From Rubripirellula sp. (lineage in GTDB: Bacteria > Planctomycetota > Planctomycetia > Pirellulales > Pirellulaceae), in contig OZ244207.1 in assembly GCA_965216875.1 (NCBI GenBank), forward strand, positions 2,784,001 through 2,848,000: a DNA stretch of 64,000 nt. Direction: 5' to 3'. The position numbers and the translations under genes are program-made. The notes under the pieces were generated by a model, which was not told the origin of the DNA, did no database searches, and saw only the letters and a program-made list of their open reading frames with translations. Positions 38,136-48,253 of the stretch are shown here, one piece after another (positions within the stretch are counted from its first letter, which is position 1; each line of letters opens with the position of its first letter).

Positions 38136-40253
38136 GTGGCAAATTCATCCTCCGAGCCAACGCATGCGAATTCGACGAGCCCCACGGCACCGTCGATCTC
38201 GCAATCCCATGAGGCGATCGTTGCGCGCGTCGAGGAGATGGCCAATGCTGCGACGCATCGAGGCGAGTTCCTACGTCGTCTCGCCGAAGAATTGAGGAAC
38301 CAATTTCAAGTGGGACTCGCTCTTGTCCAATCACCTGATTGGTCCTCCCCAATGATGCTGGTCGCCGACGAAACCATGGCTCAACACATTGATCGCGACG
38401 CCATGCGAGCAATGGTCGAATCAGCAACAACGGCACCGATCGCCTGTGATGTGCCCTGTCGCGGCGCGGATAATGACGAATCCCAGTTCGCGCGAGGTAT
38501 TCGCATCGCCTTTGGCGAAACCGAAACGCGCGCCGCTGTCCTGTTGATCTACGCTCAAATGCGCCGTCCATCGAGCGTTGATCAAATCCAAGACCTGCAA
38601 CAACTCAAGCAGTACGCCGATGCTTCCGGCCCCTTGCTCGGTCGGATGCCAGCCGAAGAACCTTCTCAACCCGTTTCATCAGCCCACGGCGCGAACGCTG
38701 CAGCTCCATCGCGTGCCGAAGGTCAGTTGATCACCACCAACGTCCTTTCCAACGCGAACAACCGCAACGCACTCCTCGAGTTCCATCGAGACCTCGACCT
38801 CAACGCAACGGCGCACCGCATCGCAAACGAGTCACGTCGTTTGTTGCAGGCCGACCGAGTCACGGTGCTTGTGCCCCATCGCGGAAAACTACGCGTCAAA
38901 GCAATCAGCGGTGTCGCGGTTGCCGATTCGCGAAGCAACAGCGTCAAAGCGATTGAACAATTTGTGCGTGCCGTGACAGTGATGGGCAAGCCGCTGCAAA
39001 CAGCGGCCGATCAGCAACTACCGCCGCAAGTGCAGCAACCACTCGACGACTATTTGGATGAGTGCGGAGTCGCGTCGGCAACCGTGTTGCCACTTCGTTC
39101 GCCCGACCGCAATGACTCGGAAGAAGCTGACGAGTCACAGCCGTTCAATCCAATCGAAGGCGATAACGAAGTCGTTGGCGTCATTGTGCTTGAATCATTC
39201 GCCGACCAGCGGGCCACCGGCATCACAAGCGCGATGATGCAGGTTGCAACCGAAGCCGCCTATTCGCTTCGCAATTCCAGCGAGCATCGACGCGTGCTCG
39301 GCCTGCCCGTGATGAAAGCAGCCGGCAACGTCGTCCATTCCAAACGAGCCCCTTGGTTGATGGCCGGAGTCTTCGCGTTGGTTGGTTTCCTGGTTGCTGG
39401 CAGCCTGATCCAGGTCGACCACCACGTCATCGCGACCGGCAGCGTCGAACCTCTGCAGCGACGTCAAGTCTTTGCTGCCGTTGACGGGATCATCACAGAC
39501 GTACTCGTAAAAGATGGCCAGCAAGTCGAAAAGGGCCAGCCGCTCTTTCAACTGGAAAATGCGGACCTGGAAAGCCGGGGCGAGAACCTTTCTGGCCAGT
39601 TGCAAACCAAGTCACGACAACTCGCCTCGCTTCGATCGGTCCGCTTGACCGAACAGGGTGATGCCCTCAAAGCCGGACGCATGGCACTTGAAGAACGACA
39701 ACTCGAAAGCGAACTGGCGAATCTTCGAGCCCAACTTGACGTCGTGCGACGTCAGCAGGACGAACTCGTCGTCACGAGCCCACTTTCGGGATCGGTCGTC
39801 GGCTGGCAATTGGCTCAGCGTCTGAGCGATCGCCCCGTCTCGCGCGGCAACCTATTGGCCAGTGTTGTCGACGCTGAGGGCGATTGGACGCTCAAACTCC
39901 AAGTGCCCGATGCCGACATGGGAGCCGTGCTTGACGCCCTCGAGGTGCAAACAGATCTGCCGATTCGATTCGCCGTCGCCACCGAACCGCAACGCTCCTA
40001 CAGTGCCAGTTTGGTTGAACTTGCAACCGCCGCCAGGTTGTCCGAAAGTGGCCAGCAGGTCGTCGACCTCACAGCCACCGTGACCCCAACGCCAGCCGAA
40101 ACCTCTGGACTCGACACGTTTCGACCAACCGACGTCCGCGTCGACGCCGACGTCACGGCGCGCATCGCCTGTGGACGCCGCTGTCTGTTGGCGAGTTGGT
40201 TTAGCGACGTGATTGATTTCACGCACCGCAATGTGCTGTTCTATCTGCGTTGA
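38136..40253 (+). CDS. GAF-domain / HlyD-type membrane fusion (adaptor) protein
   Basis: GAF-like IANESRRLLQADRVTV...VKAISG; one TM helix; lipoyl halves VFAAVDGIITDVLVKDGQQVEKGQPL and VTSPLSGSV around a coiled coil. Confidence 0.85.
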   Translation: MANSSSEPTHANSTSPTAPSISQSHEAIVARVEEMANAATHRGEFLRRLAEELRNQFQVGLALVQSPDWSSPMMLVADETMAQHIDRDAMRAMVESATTAPIACDVPCRGADNDESQFARGIRIAFGETETRAAVLLIYAQMRRPSSVDQIQDLQQLKQYADASGPLLGRMPAEEPSQPVSSAHGANAAAPSRAEGQLITTNVLSNANNRNALLEFHRDLDLNATAHRIANESRRLLQADRVTVLVPHRGKLRVKAISGVAVADSRSNSVKAIEQFVRAVTVMGKPLQTAADQQLPPQVQQPLDDYLDECGVASATVLPLRSPDRNDSEEADESQPFNPIEGDNEVVGVIVLESFADQRATGITSAMMQVATEAAYSLRNSSEHRRVLGLPVMKAAGNVVHSKRAPWLMAGVFALVGFLVAGSLIQVDHHVIATGSVEPLQRRQVFAAVDGIITDVLVKDGQQVEKGQPLFQLENADLESRGENLSGQLQTKSRQLASLRSVRLTEQGDALKAGRMALEERQLESELANLRAQLDVVRRQQDELVVTSPLSGSVVGWQLAQRLSDRPVSRGNLLASVVDAEGDWTLKLQVPDADMGAVLDALEVQTDLPIRFAVATEPQRSYSASLVELATAARLSESGQQVVDLTATVTPTPAETSGLDTFRPTDVRVDADVTARIACGRRCLLASWFSDVIDFTHRNVLFYLR

Positions 40254-40264
40254 GAGGTGGCCGC

Positions 40265-42475
40265 ATGAATTCACCTCAACCGCCCTCGGCAACCGCCAAC
40301 GCACCTCTTTCGGTTCGCTGCCGGCCCGACTTGATCGCGGTCGAAACGCTCCACAAACATGAATCGGCCGTGGTGATCAAGGATCCCGTCGCGCTCAAAT
40401 ACCACCGACTCCGGCGCGACGAGTACTTCGTGCTCCAACTGCTCGACGGAAACCGATCGCTCCAGAATATCTGCGATCTCTACCACGACGAGTTTCGACC
40501 TCAGAAGGTGACCGCATCGGAAATCAATCAACTTGTTTTTCGGTTCCATCAACTCGGGCTCACCGTTGCCGATGTCGCGTTGCAGGGCGACCGCCTGCGA
40601 GAACGTCAGCAAAAGGACCGCCTACAACGATGGAAGCAACATCTTTCGGGAGTCCTTTTCATTCGCTTTCCCGGGATCGATCCCGAACCGATCCTCCGGC
40701 GTCTCTATCCGCTAGCGCGGCCGTTGCTTCGACCACTTGGGATCGCAACGCTGCTTTTGATCTGCTTGTCAGCGCTGTTGGTTATGGCGGGGCGATGGGA
40801 ACAGTTCGTCGGCGAAGTGCCTCGGATGAATCAGTGGTTACGCCTCGAGGCTCTCTTGATTCTCGCCGCCGTGATTGGCACGACGAAGGTTTTTCACGAG
40901 TTTGGCCACGCAATCGTCTGCAAACACTTTGGGGGTGAGTGCCATCAGATCGGGCCGATGTTGCTCGTCTTCACTCCCGCACTCTACTGCGACACGTCCG
41001 ACTCGTGGATGTTGCCCAATCGTTTTCAAAGAGCCGCCGTCGGTATGGCCGGCATCGCCACCGAGGTTCTCTTGGCTGCAATCGCCACGCTCGTTTGGGC
41101 CTCCACCGCTCAGGGTTTGACCCACTACCTCGCCATGAACGTGATGCTGGTGTGCAGTGTTTCGACAGTCTTGTTCAACGCAAACCCACTGTTGCGTTAC
41201 GACGGCTACTATGTCCTTGCTGACCTTTGCGACGTTCCCAACTTGGCCGAAAAGTCGCGCAGCGCATTGAATTCGTTCATTGGCCGACACCTCTTTGGGG
41301 TCCGTGATCAACATGACCAACAACAAGACGCCAACCAACGAACCTGGTTGCTTGTCTATGCCGTCGCGGCTGCGGTCTACCGCTGGGCCATCACATTCTT
41401 GATTCTTTGGTTCGTCGCGATCGCGCTGAGGCCTTATCGTCTTGAATCGATCGGTCGAGTCCTTTGCCTGTTCGCGTTTGGCGGACTGCTCTATGGCCTC
41501 TTCCGCACGCCAGCTCGTTTCCTAACCAATCCTGCAAAGCGTCGAAAAGTGAAAGCGAAACGCACCTCTCTGTCGACCGTCGCCCTTGGCGTCATCGTCG
41601 TCTTGGTCTCGATCCCCTTTCGCTCAAGCGTCAACGTGGACGGGCGACTTGTGCCCCGGGTCGATTCCCCGATCTACATCACAACTCCAGGACAACTGTC
41701 GCATCTGCACTGCCAACCTGGCGATCAAGTCAACGAGGGCGACGCCGTCGCGACGCTTGTCAACGAAGACCTGCAGCTACAACTCGTGATCGCTCAGGGA
41801 CGCTACGACGCTCAACGAGCCGTCGTCGAATCGATGCGGCAACACCAATTTGAATCTCCCCAGGCCTCGGCCGAGATACCTGCGGCCAAGGCACTACTCG
41901 ATGACTTGAAGCACCAGCTCGAAACCAAGCAAAGCCGCGTCGAAGCACTCACCCTTCGAAGCCCGGCCTCAGGAACGCTGCTCGCGGCTCCCAAACTGCC
42001 CAAAGCGGAATCGAACCAATATCGGCTCGTCTCTTGGCACGGTTACCCGACCGATGCCGCGAACAGGGACTGCTATCTCGAATCGGGCACGGAATTGATG
42101 AGCGTTGCCGAAGTTGACCGCTGGAACGCCGAGCTGGTCCTAAGCCAATCACAAGTCCAGCGGATCAGCGTCGGCTCTTCCGTTAAACTCATTTGCGCAG
42201 CAACACCAACACGTAACTTGGTTGGCCAAGTCACCGAAATCTCGAAATCGGAATGGACCGCCCAGCAGAATGCGCATCGGCGCGATGACCCTTCGGCAGC
42301 AAACCAACTCGGACCGGCCGAAACGTCTTACCTTGTCCGCGTTGAACTCGATGATGCCAAGGACGGGGCGCCGCCCGTTCCAGGATCAACCGTTTCCGCT
42401 CGGATAGCCGCACAACCGATTTCCGTGGTTGGCCGCGCCGTCAGAACACTCAACAGCCTGTTTCGTTTTCGTTGA
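40265..42475 (+). CDS. PqqD/RRE-like plus M50 (site-2) zinc protease plus HlyD fusion protein
   Basis: N-terminal IKDPVALKYHRL...LLDGNRSL; HEFGH; NANPLLRYDGYY; C-terminal lipoyl/coiled-coil adaptor. GAGGTGG precedes ATG 40265. Confidence 0.88.
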   Translation: MNSPQPPSATANAPLSVRCRPDLIAVETLHKHESAVVIKDPVALKYHRLRRDEYFVLQLLDGNRSLQNICDLYHDEFRPQKVTASEINQLVFRFHQLGLTVADVALQGDRLRERQQKDRLQRWKQHLSGVLFIRFPGIDPEPILRRLYPLARPLLRPLGIATLLLICLSALLVMAGRWEQFVGEVPRMNQWLRLEALLILAAVIGTTKVFHEFGHAIVCKHFGGECHQIGPMLLVFTPALYCDTSDSWMLPNRFQRAAVGMAGIATEVLLAAIATLVWASTAQGLTHYLAMNVMLVCSVSTVLFNANPLLRYDGYYVLADLCDVPNLAEKSRSALNSFIGRHLFGVRDQHDQQQDANQRTWLLVYAVAAAVYRWAITFLILWFVAIALRPYRLESIGRVLCLFAFGGLLYGLFRTPARFLTNPAKRRKVKAKRTSLSTVALGVIVVLVSIPFRSSVNVDGRLVPRVDSPIYITTPGQLSHLHCQPGDQVNEGDAVATLVNEDLQLQLVIAQGRYDAQRAVVESMRQHQFESPQASAEIPAAKALLDDLKHQLETKQSRVEALTLRSPASGTLLAAPKLPKAESNQYRLVSWHGYPTDAANRDCYLESGTELMSVAEVDRWNAELVLSQSQVQRISVGSSVKLICAATPTRNLVGQVTEISKSEWTAQQNAHRRDDPSAANQLGPAETSYLVRVELDDAKDGAPPVPGSTVSARIAAQPISVVGRAVRTLNSLFRFR

Positions 42476-42477
42476 TC

Positions 42478-42769
42478 GTCGCCTTTCGCTCCGCGAAAGG
42501 AGCGTCCACGAATGCAACTTTTGCGGAGAGGCTGTGTTCTTTAGTGAGCTGAACGCGCTAGCGTCGGGCCGTGCATGATGAGTTACGGGTGGTGCAGGTT
42601 TCCACTAGAACGAACTCCGGCGCATGTTCGGGACTCGCATAAGCGGCCACGCCTTGAACGCTCCTGCACCTAGGGGCAAGGGCCCGAGCCTCACGGCCGG
42701 CGGCTCACGGGCCCTTACCGCTCAGCGCCCTTACCTCTCGGAGGCCCGACGCTAGCGCGTACGGCTCAC
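42478..42769. repeat. REP cluster between convergent genes (GTCGCCTTTCG family plus family B pair with an inner B arm)
   Basis: 42478-42499; B arms at 42544-42570 and 42743-42769; inner arm at 42678-42709; inner IR GGTGCAGG (42591) / CCTGCACC (42663). Confidence 0.88.
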
Positions 42770-42779
42770 GGCCGGAACT

Positions 42780-44801
42780 TCAATCCTCTGCAAATCGTTT
42801 CAGTTTGCGATCGAGCGTGCTCCGTTCGATCCCGAGAATCGATGACGCGCGGCTCTTGTTGCCGCCGGTATGCCGCAACACCCGTTCGATGTGTTGTCGT
42901 TCGAGTTGAGCAAGTGTCATTTCAACCGGCGCCGAGGTCGATTCGACCGCATCGACACCACCTTCGACCGCTGGACTGAGCGCCAAATCGGATTCATCAA
43001 TCTCATTCTTCGTGTTCAGGACCACGGCTCGCTCGATCACATTCTTCAGCTCACGAATGTTGCCGGGCCATGAATATTCGACCAGTCGTTTCTTCGCACC
43101 ATCAGTGAACGCCGTGATCTTGCGTCCCATTTCGCTGTTGAATCGCTCGAGGAAGAACTCGGCGAGTTCCAGGCAATCTTGCCCGCGACTACGTAGCGGA
43201 GGAACGACGATCTCGACAACATGCAATCGGTAGTAAAGGTCTTGGCGAAATTTGCCTTCGCGCACCATCGCTTGAAGGTCTCGATTGGTCGCCGCTACCA
43301 CGCGAACGTCGACGCGAATGGGCTGATGGCCTCCAACGCGTTCAAAGGGATGCCCTTCAAGGACGCGCAAAAACTTGGCTTGGATCTCGGCATCCATCTC
43401 GCCAATCTCGTCAAGCATCAACGTGCCGCCGTCGGCAGCTTCAAACTTGCCCTGCTTGCGTTCGGTCGCACCGGTGAAGGCACCTTTTTCATGACCAAAA
43501 AGCTCACTCTCTAGCAGCGACGGCGAAAGTGCCGCACAGTTCATGCAGACCAGCGGCCCCTCCTTGCGTGCACTGGAATAGTGGATTGCGCCGGCAACAA
43601 GCTCCTTCCCCACTCCCGATTCGCCACGCACGAGCACGGTTGCGTTGGTCGGAGCGGCGAGTTGTATTTTCGAAACGACGTCGCTGATCGCGGTGGAGCT
43701 TCCAACGATGCGAACCTTGTCGCCAAGCTGCTGCTGTAGTTGTTGGACTTGCTGGCGACTTCGGCGCAACGACTTGGTAAGCCGCTTGCGATCGTGAAGA
43801 CTCGAAAGCGACTCCGCAAAAATCTCTGCAGCCCCCACGACGTACTCCAGCTCATCACCGCCGAGCGGAACATGACCGCTTGTCGTTGTCAGGTGAATCA
43901 TTCCGCGAAACGTGCCATCGCGATCTTTTGCCGGGGCAACGATCACACTCTCGACATCGATTTCGCCGCGACTGTTTTCGGTTGCGAGCTGTTGATCGCC
44001 CAGCACGTTGCGCGCGAGGACTGCGCCACCGTCGGGCGCGATCATCGATTGCAACAATCCCTCAGGCGGGCGCCGATAACTCCGCGATGAACTTTGGCGA
44101 GTGGCAATCAGGGGGACGTCATTGATCGTCTTTGGCGGCTTGGTCGCATCCCACGCGTACAAGCCGGCCGTATCGAATTTCAGCTGCTCGGCCATTTGGT
44201 CCAACACCGCTTCCGCTGCAACCGACGTTCGATCGCAGCGGGCAATGGCAAACGCAAGCTGAAGCAACGAACGGCTGGCACCACGGACAAGCGTCGATGA
44301 GCGGTCGCTGCCGGTTCGATGCGGCTCGTGCAGGTAGCGACTTTGCCGACGACGATCCGTAATCGAGCCAGCGTCCATCTCAAGCGTCAGCTGGTCGTCG
44401 GTTGCTTGCGATGAATGGCTCGGCATCCCCTCACCGAGTCCACCATCGATTCGACGAGTGAAGGTGACTCCATAGCCCGCCACCTCGATGACGTCCCCAT
44501 CGGAGAGCGTGGCTGGCCCGTCGAGCTTCGAACCGTTGACGAATGTGCCATTGCGGCTGCCGAGATCCTCGATCTCCCAATGGTTGGTCGACCAATAAAT
44601 CCGCGCGTGTCGGCGACTCGCCTGATCCGTTCGAATGGCAATCTGGTTGCTCGAGGCCCGACCGATCACCGCTTCAGCGGGGGGTGCGAGTCGAAAAACG
44701 TCGCTCCAACGACCGGCACTGCGAACGACAAGGTAGGCACTCGGCGCGGCAGCGAGGGGTGCGTCCGGCTTGGAATCTGATTCAGTTTCGCTCGAATTCA
44801 A
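42780..44801 (-). CDS. Sigma54-dependent activator with FHA, GAF-like, AAA+ and Fis-HTH domains
   Basis: FHA IGRASS...SRRHARI...[46 protein letters not shown]. Start uncertain (TTG 44801 or GTG 44882). Confidence 0.93.
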   Translation of the reverse strand: MNSSETESDSKPDAPLAAAPSAYLVVRSAGRWSDVFRLAPPAEAVIGRASSNQIAIRTDQASRRHARIYWSTNHWEIEDLGSRNGTFVNGSKLDGPATLSDGDVIEVAGYGVTFTRRIDGGLGEGMPSHSSQATDDQLTLEMDAGSITDRRRQSRYLHEPHRTGSDRSSTLVRGASRSLLQLAFAIARCDRTSVAAEAVLDQMAEQLKFDTAGLYAWDATKPPKTINDVPLIATRQSSSRSYRRPPEGLLQSMIAPDGGAVLARNVLGDQQLATENSRGEIDVESVIVAPAKDRDGTFRGMIHLTTTSGHVPLGGDELEYVVGAAEIFAESLSSLHDRKRLTKSLRRSRQQVQQLQQQLGDKVRIVGSSTAISDVVSKIQLAAPTNATVLVRGESGVGKELVAGAIHYSSARKEGPLVCMNCAALSPSLLESELFGHEKGAFTGATERKQGKFEAADGGTLMLDEIGEMDAEIQAKFLRVLEGHPFERVGGHQPIRVDVRVVAATNRDLQAMVREGKFRQDLYYRLHVVEIVVPPLRSRGQDCLELAEFFLERFNSEMGRKITAFTDGAKKRLVEYSWPGNIRELKNVIERAVVLNTKNEIDESDLALSPAVEGGVDAVESTSAPVEMTLAQLERQHIERVLRHTGGNKSRASSILGIERSTLDRKLKRFAED

Positions 44802-44962
44802 CGCAAAAAAGACTCTAGGAGGCAGTTGGGCCGTCAGAAGAGACGAGTAAGGAGGCCTCCATTCTATACGACGGTCGATCACCGTCTGAAGGACATGGCA
44901 AGCCGCTTTGTGAGCCGTGGAAGCGCAAGCAGCCAGCCCACGAATCGAACCGGAGCGTTTTT

Positions 44963-45131
44963 CACTCTCCCCTGGGAGAGTCGGGCTCTAAGCCCGGAGA
45001 GGGCCTGTTTTGCAACGATGATTCCCTTCCCGGACCTTTATTCCCTTCCCGGACCTCGCGTCCGACCCTCTCCGCAAGCGGGAGGGTGATTGTTGGAACG
45101 CCCTTTTCCGCCTGAAGGCGGTACTACGAAC
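44963..45131. repeat. Family F repeat (with internal 19-bp duplication) followed by a family E arm
   Basis: Matches 23916-24031. ATTCCCTTCCCGGACCT at 45021 and 45040. CCGCCTGAAGGCGGTACTACGAAC at 45108-45131. Confidence 0.85.
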
Positions 45132-45248
45132 GCGGGAATACGCGGAGCCGAAAGGCGTCTGTGACGGTTTTGAGGGCCATTCCCATCCTGTCAGCGGTCC
45201 CGCCGAAGCCTGGCGGCGAGAGATGCGTTGAACGTAGGCGATCTTCTG

Positions 45249-45277
45249 TTGCGAGGCCGAAAACCCCAAACTATCCT
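45249..45277 (+). promoter_or_regulatory. Putative sigma70 promoter
   Basis: TTGCGA-N17-TATCCT upstream of the DUF1598 gene. Confidence 0.45.
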
Positions 45278-45409
45278 ATGGTTTCGGTACCTTTGGCTCG
45301 AAGCTGCCTCCGGTCTCAGTCAAAACCAGCTACCTCGTCACACTCTTTATCACCTTCCACCACGATGACGCCTCCCATCGTGTCGTGGGTATCTTCGGAG
45401 ATCCTTTCG

Positions 45410-46768
45410 ATGGAATTGGGCTCAAAGCTGTCCCGTATTACGGCCGGTCTTTTCGTGGTTGTGGTTTGCGTCGCCACATCTGTCCACGCTGGAATTGGCG
45501 GTCTTGGCCGACGTGGTGTCGGTGGTGTCATGATCGATGGCAAGGGAGTCGTTCGCGCGGCCACGGTTGCTGAAAAGCAAGAGTTGGCCAACTTGGTTCG
45601 CGAAATGACCGCTCCCGCTGAAGGCGACTTGGCCGAAGCAACTGAGATGCGAATGATCTCGCTCAAGGGTTTGCAATCGGCTGTGATCGAAGCGAAACAA
45701 ACCGGTTCGCTTCCTGATGAAGTTGAATACTTGGCTGGCTTGCAGCGCATTGAGTACGTCTTTGTTGACAAAGAAAACCAAGACATCGTCATCGCTGGTC
45801 CCGCTGAACCTTGGGTGATGACTCCCGATGGAGCCGTCGTCGGCAAGATCACCGGTGGCTCCACCATGCGTTTGGCCGACTTGCTCGTCGCCTTCCGTAG
45901 TGTCGAAACGGCTCGCAACGGTGGCATCAGCTGCTCGATCGAACCAACCGAAGAAGGCCGCACTCGCCTTCGCAAACTACTCTCTGGTGTCACCCTTCGT
46001 CCCGGCCAAAACCCCAAGGGCTTGGAAAATGCGATGAAGCAAGCCTTCGGGCCACAAATGATTCATCTCAATGGTATCCCTGGTGACAGCCGCTACGCTC
46101 GAACTTTGGTCGCCGCCGACTTTGAAATGAAGCGCGTTGCGATGGAATTGATTCCTTCGCCCGTCGCTGGCTTGCCAAGCTACTTGAGTCTTTCGAAGAA
46201 CTCTCGTCATGCTGGCGGCCAAAACCCACGTTGGTGGATGGCATGTGACTACGATTCGCTCGCCAAGAGTGAAGACGGTTTGACTTGGAAGCTTTCGGGC
46301 CAAGGAGTCAAAACCATGACCGAGCAAGACATCATTCAAGCCGACGGTTCCGTTCAACGCGGTGGCAAGGTCGACAAAGTCGCTCAGCAATGGGCCGACA
46401 AGATGACCGACACCTTCCAAGAGTTGTCGCGTGAAATGCCTGTGTTTGCTGACCTGCAGAACATCATGGACATGACCGTCGTCGCAACGCTGATCTCGCA
46501 AGAGCATCTCGCTCAGAAGGCTGGCTTCGACATGGGTGTCTTGGCAACGGACAACGACACCGTCCAATTGGCTTCCTATCCGGTACCACAATCGGTCGCC
46601 CCACAGTGCAGCTTCGTTCGCGGACGTGCTGGTTGGGTCGTGACCGCATCGGGTGGAGTCGACATCAACGCATTCGGCGTTGTCGAAGACCAAACCACCG
46701 ACGCTTCGGTCGCCCAAAGCCGCACCGCGCTGGCTTCGGCGGGCGATCGCTGGTGGTGGAACAAGTAG
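45410..46768 (+). CDS. DUF1598-domain secreted protein
   Basis: GGAG before the ATG; signal peptide; GGVMIDGKGV, YLAGLQRIEYVFV, LVAADFEMKR, SGGV, RWWWN. Confidence 0.85.
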   Translation: MELGSKLSRITAGLFVVVVCVATSVHAGIGGLGRRGVGGVMIDGKGVVRAATVAEKQELANLVREMTAPAEGDLAEATEMRMISLKGLQSAVIEAKQTGSLPDEVEYLAGLQRIEYVFVDKENQDIVIAGPAEPWVMTPDGAVVGKITGGSTMRLADLLVAFRSVETARNGGISCSIEPTEEGRTRLRKLLSGVTLRPGQNPKGLENAMKQAFGPQMIHLNGIPGDSRYARTLVAADFEMKRVAMELIPSPVAGLPSYLSLSKNSRHAGGQNPRWWMACDYDSLAKSEDGLTWKLSGQGVKTMTEQDIIQADGSVQRGGKVDKVAQQWADKMTDTFQELSREMPVFADLQNIMDMTVVATLISQEHLAQKAGFDMGVLATDNDTVQLASYPVPQSVAPQCSFVRGRAGWVVTASGGVDINAFGVVEDQTTDASVAQSRTALASAGDRWWWNK

Positions 46769-46780
46769 TCTGCCTAGCAG

Positions 46781-46815
46781 AAAAGAAACGCGGAGACGCC
46801 AAAACGCGTCTCCGC
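46781..46815 (-). terminator. Intrinsic terminator-like hairpin, U-tract on the minus strand
   Basis: 10-bp stem GCGGAGACGC (46790-46799) / GCGTCTCCGC (46806-46815), preceded by AAAAGAAAC. Confidence 0.55.
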
Positions 46816-46845
46816 CTGAAAACCAAGAACAAGGATGTGTGTGAC

Positions 46846-47271
46846 GTGAATCTTCCCTGGGGACCGGGAACGTTCGAAAACGACGTTGCACACGACTGGA
46901 TCGAAGACCTCGGCGACTCGGACGCCGAGGCTTTTTTGTGCGCCTGCATCGACCTTTCCGACCAAGGCGCCCCCAACTACGTCGCCTGCGTCGGCGTCCT
47001 CTGCGCCGCCGAAACCCTGCTCGGCCTCATCACCCTTCCCGAGTGTCCACGCACGCTTCCAGCGTCACTGATGGACTGGCTCCGTTCCAACGCAAAGCTC
47101 AACGCCCAACCGCTGGTCGCTCCGGCCATCATCTCGCTCTACCAAGTGACCGCCGAAACCTCCGCGCTACGTCAACTTTGGGAAGACGACCACGATCGAT
47201 TTCAGATCTGGCGAGACTCCATCTACGAACTCATCGACAGTCTCAACGCCCACCAAACCACGACCGTCTAA
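46846..47271 (+). CDS. DUF4259-like protein
   Basis: WGPGTFENDVAHDW start and SALRQLWED motif; GTG start after AAGGA. Confidence 0.75.
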   Translation: MNLPWGPGTFENDVAHDWIEDLGDSDAEAFLCACIDLSDQGAPNYVACVGVLCAAETLLGLITLPECPRTLPASLMDWLRSNAKLNAQPLVAPAIISLYQVTAETSALRQLWEDDHDRFQIWRDSIYELIDSLNAHQTTTV

Positions 47272-47285
47272 ACTCCACCTGATCC

Positions 47286-47387
47286 CATTCGTGCAATTCG
47301 TCCCATTCGTGGTCACCTCTTCCCGATTGCACGCCGCGCACCTCTTCATCCGTGCGATCCGAGCTATCCGTGGTTCCCTCTTCCCGA
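47286..47387. repeat. Two copies (61-bp period) of an AT(T/C)CGT-periodic intergenic repeat
   Basis: CATTCGTGCAATTCGTCCCATTCGTGGTCACCTCTTCCCGA versus CATCCGTGCGATCCGAGCTATCCGTGGTTCCCTCTTCCCGA. Confidence 0.7.
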
Positions 47388-47388
47388 C

Positions 47389-48234
47389 TCAATGCGTCAG
47401 AGCATAAGTGATCACGTTGATCGAAAACGCATACGACTTGATCGAGAACCGATCGAAGAAGTCCTTTGATTCGCCTTCGCGTTCCCAGCCGTCCGCGATA
47501 TCGGTGTTGTGTGTCGCGAGTGCCATCAGTCGACCGTTTTTGTCAAACAGTCCCAAGCAATGAACCTGCTGCATCGCGGCAAGACCACCGGCTGGATAGC
47601 GATGAACGCTTGGCGGATCAAACGTGAGGCCCGACTGAGCGTAGAAGATGCGTGCAGGAATCTGCGGACACTCGTCCAAGTCGTAAACCGTTGAAAAGAT
47701 CGGATGCGACTTGGGAATCTCGAGCCACTTCCAATCACACGGCAAGTTGTTGGTGGTACGGATTAGATTCTGAAGCTCGGCATCGCCCCAGAAGTCATCG
47801 ATCCAAAGGAATCCACCCGCTTGCAAATACTTGACCAATGACTCGCCCTCACGCTTTGACAAACGTTGCCAACCAACGTCACTCATGAAGATAAAGGGAT
47901 AGTCAAAAAGCCTTGGGTCGGTCAGCCGCAAAACGATCGGCTTCGAGTTCACGCGCAGCGAAGTGAGTTCCTGCAACCGCTCAATGAAGTTCTCTTCAGC
48001 CTGCGGATAATCCGTTTCCCAACGCTGCCAATCACGCCCTTCGTACGTGTACCACGACTCCCCGAACCCACCCGTACTGTCATACTGAATCCGCACAAAC
48101 GTAAACGCATCGGAATCGCCCAGCGACAGCTGACCGGATGTAGCCAAGTCATCGCCCCTAGCGACAACGGCTATTCCCAGGATCAATAGCCACGCGACAG
48201 ACCACGCGAAACGAAGCACAAATCGATTCATCAC
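47389..48234 (-). CDS. DUF4159-domain secreted protein
   Basis: FTFVRIQY, WETDYP, YLQAGGFLWIDDFWG, NTDIADGWE, NVITYALTH. Confidence 0.88.
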   Translation of the reverse strand: MMNRFVLRFAWSVAWLLILGIAVVARGDDLATSGQLSLGDSDAFTFVRIQYDSTGGFGESWYTYEGRDWQRWETDYPQAEENFIERLQELTSLRVNSKPIVLRLTDPRLFDYPFIFMSDVGWQRLSKREGESLVKYLQAGGFLWIDDFWGDAELQNLIRTTNNLPCDWKWLEIPKSHPIFSTVYDLDECPQIPARIFYAQSGLTFDPPSVHRYPAGGLAAMQQVHCLGLFDKNGRLMALATHNTDIADGWEREGESKDFFDRFSIKSYAFSINVITYALTH

Positions 48235-48253
48235 AATGTCGATTGCAATTCAA

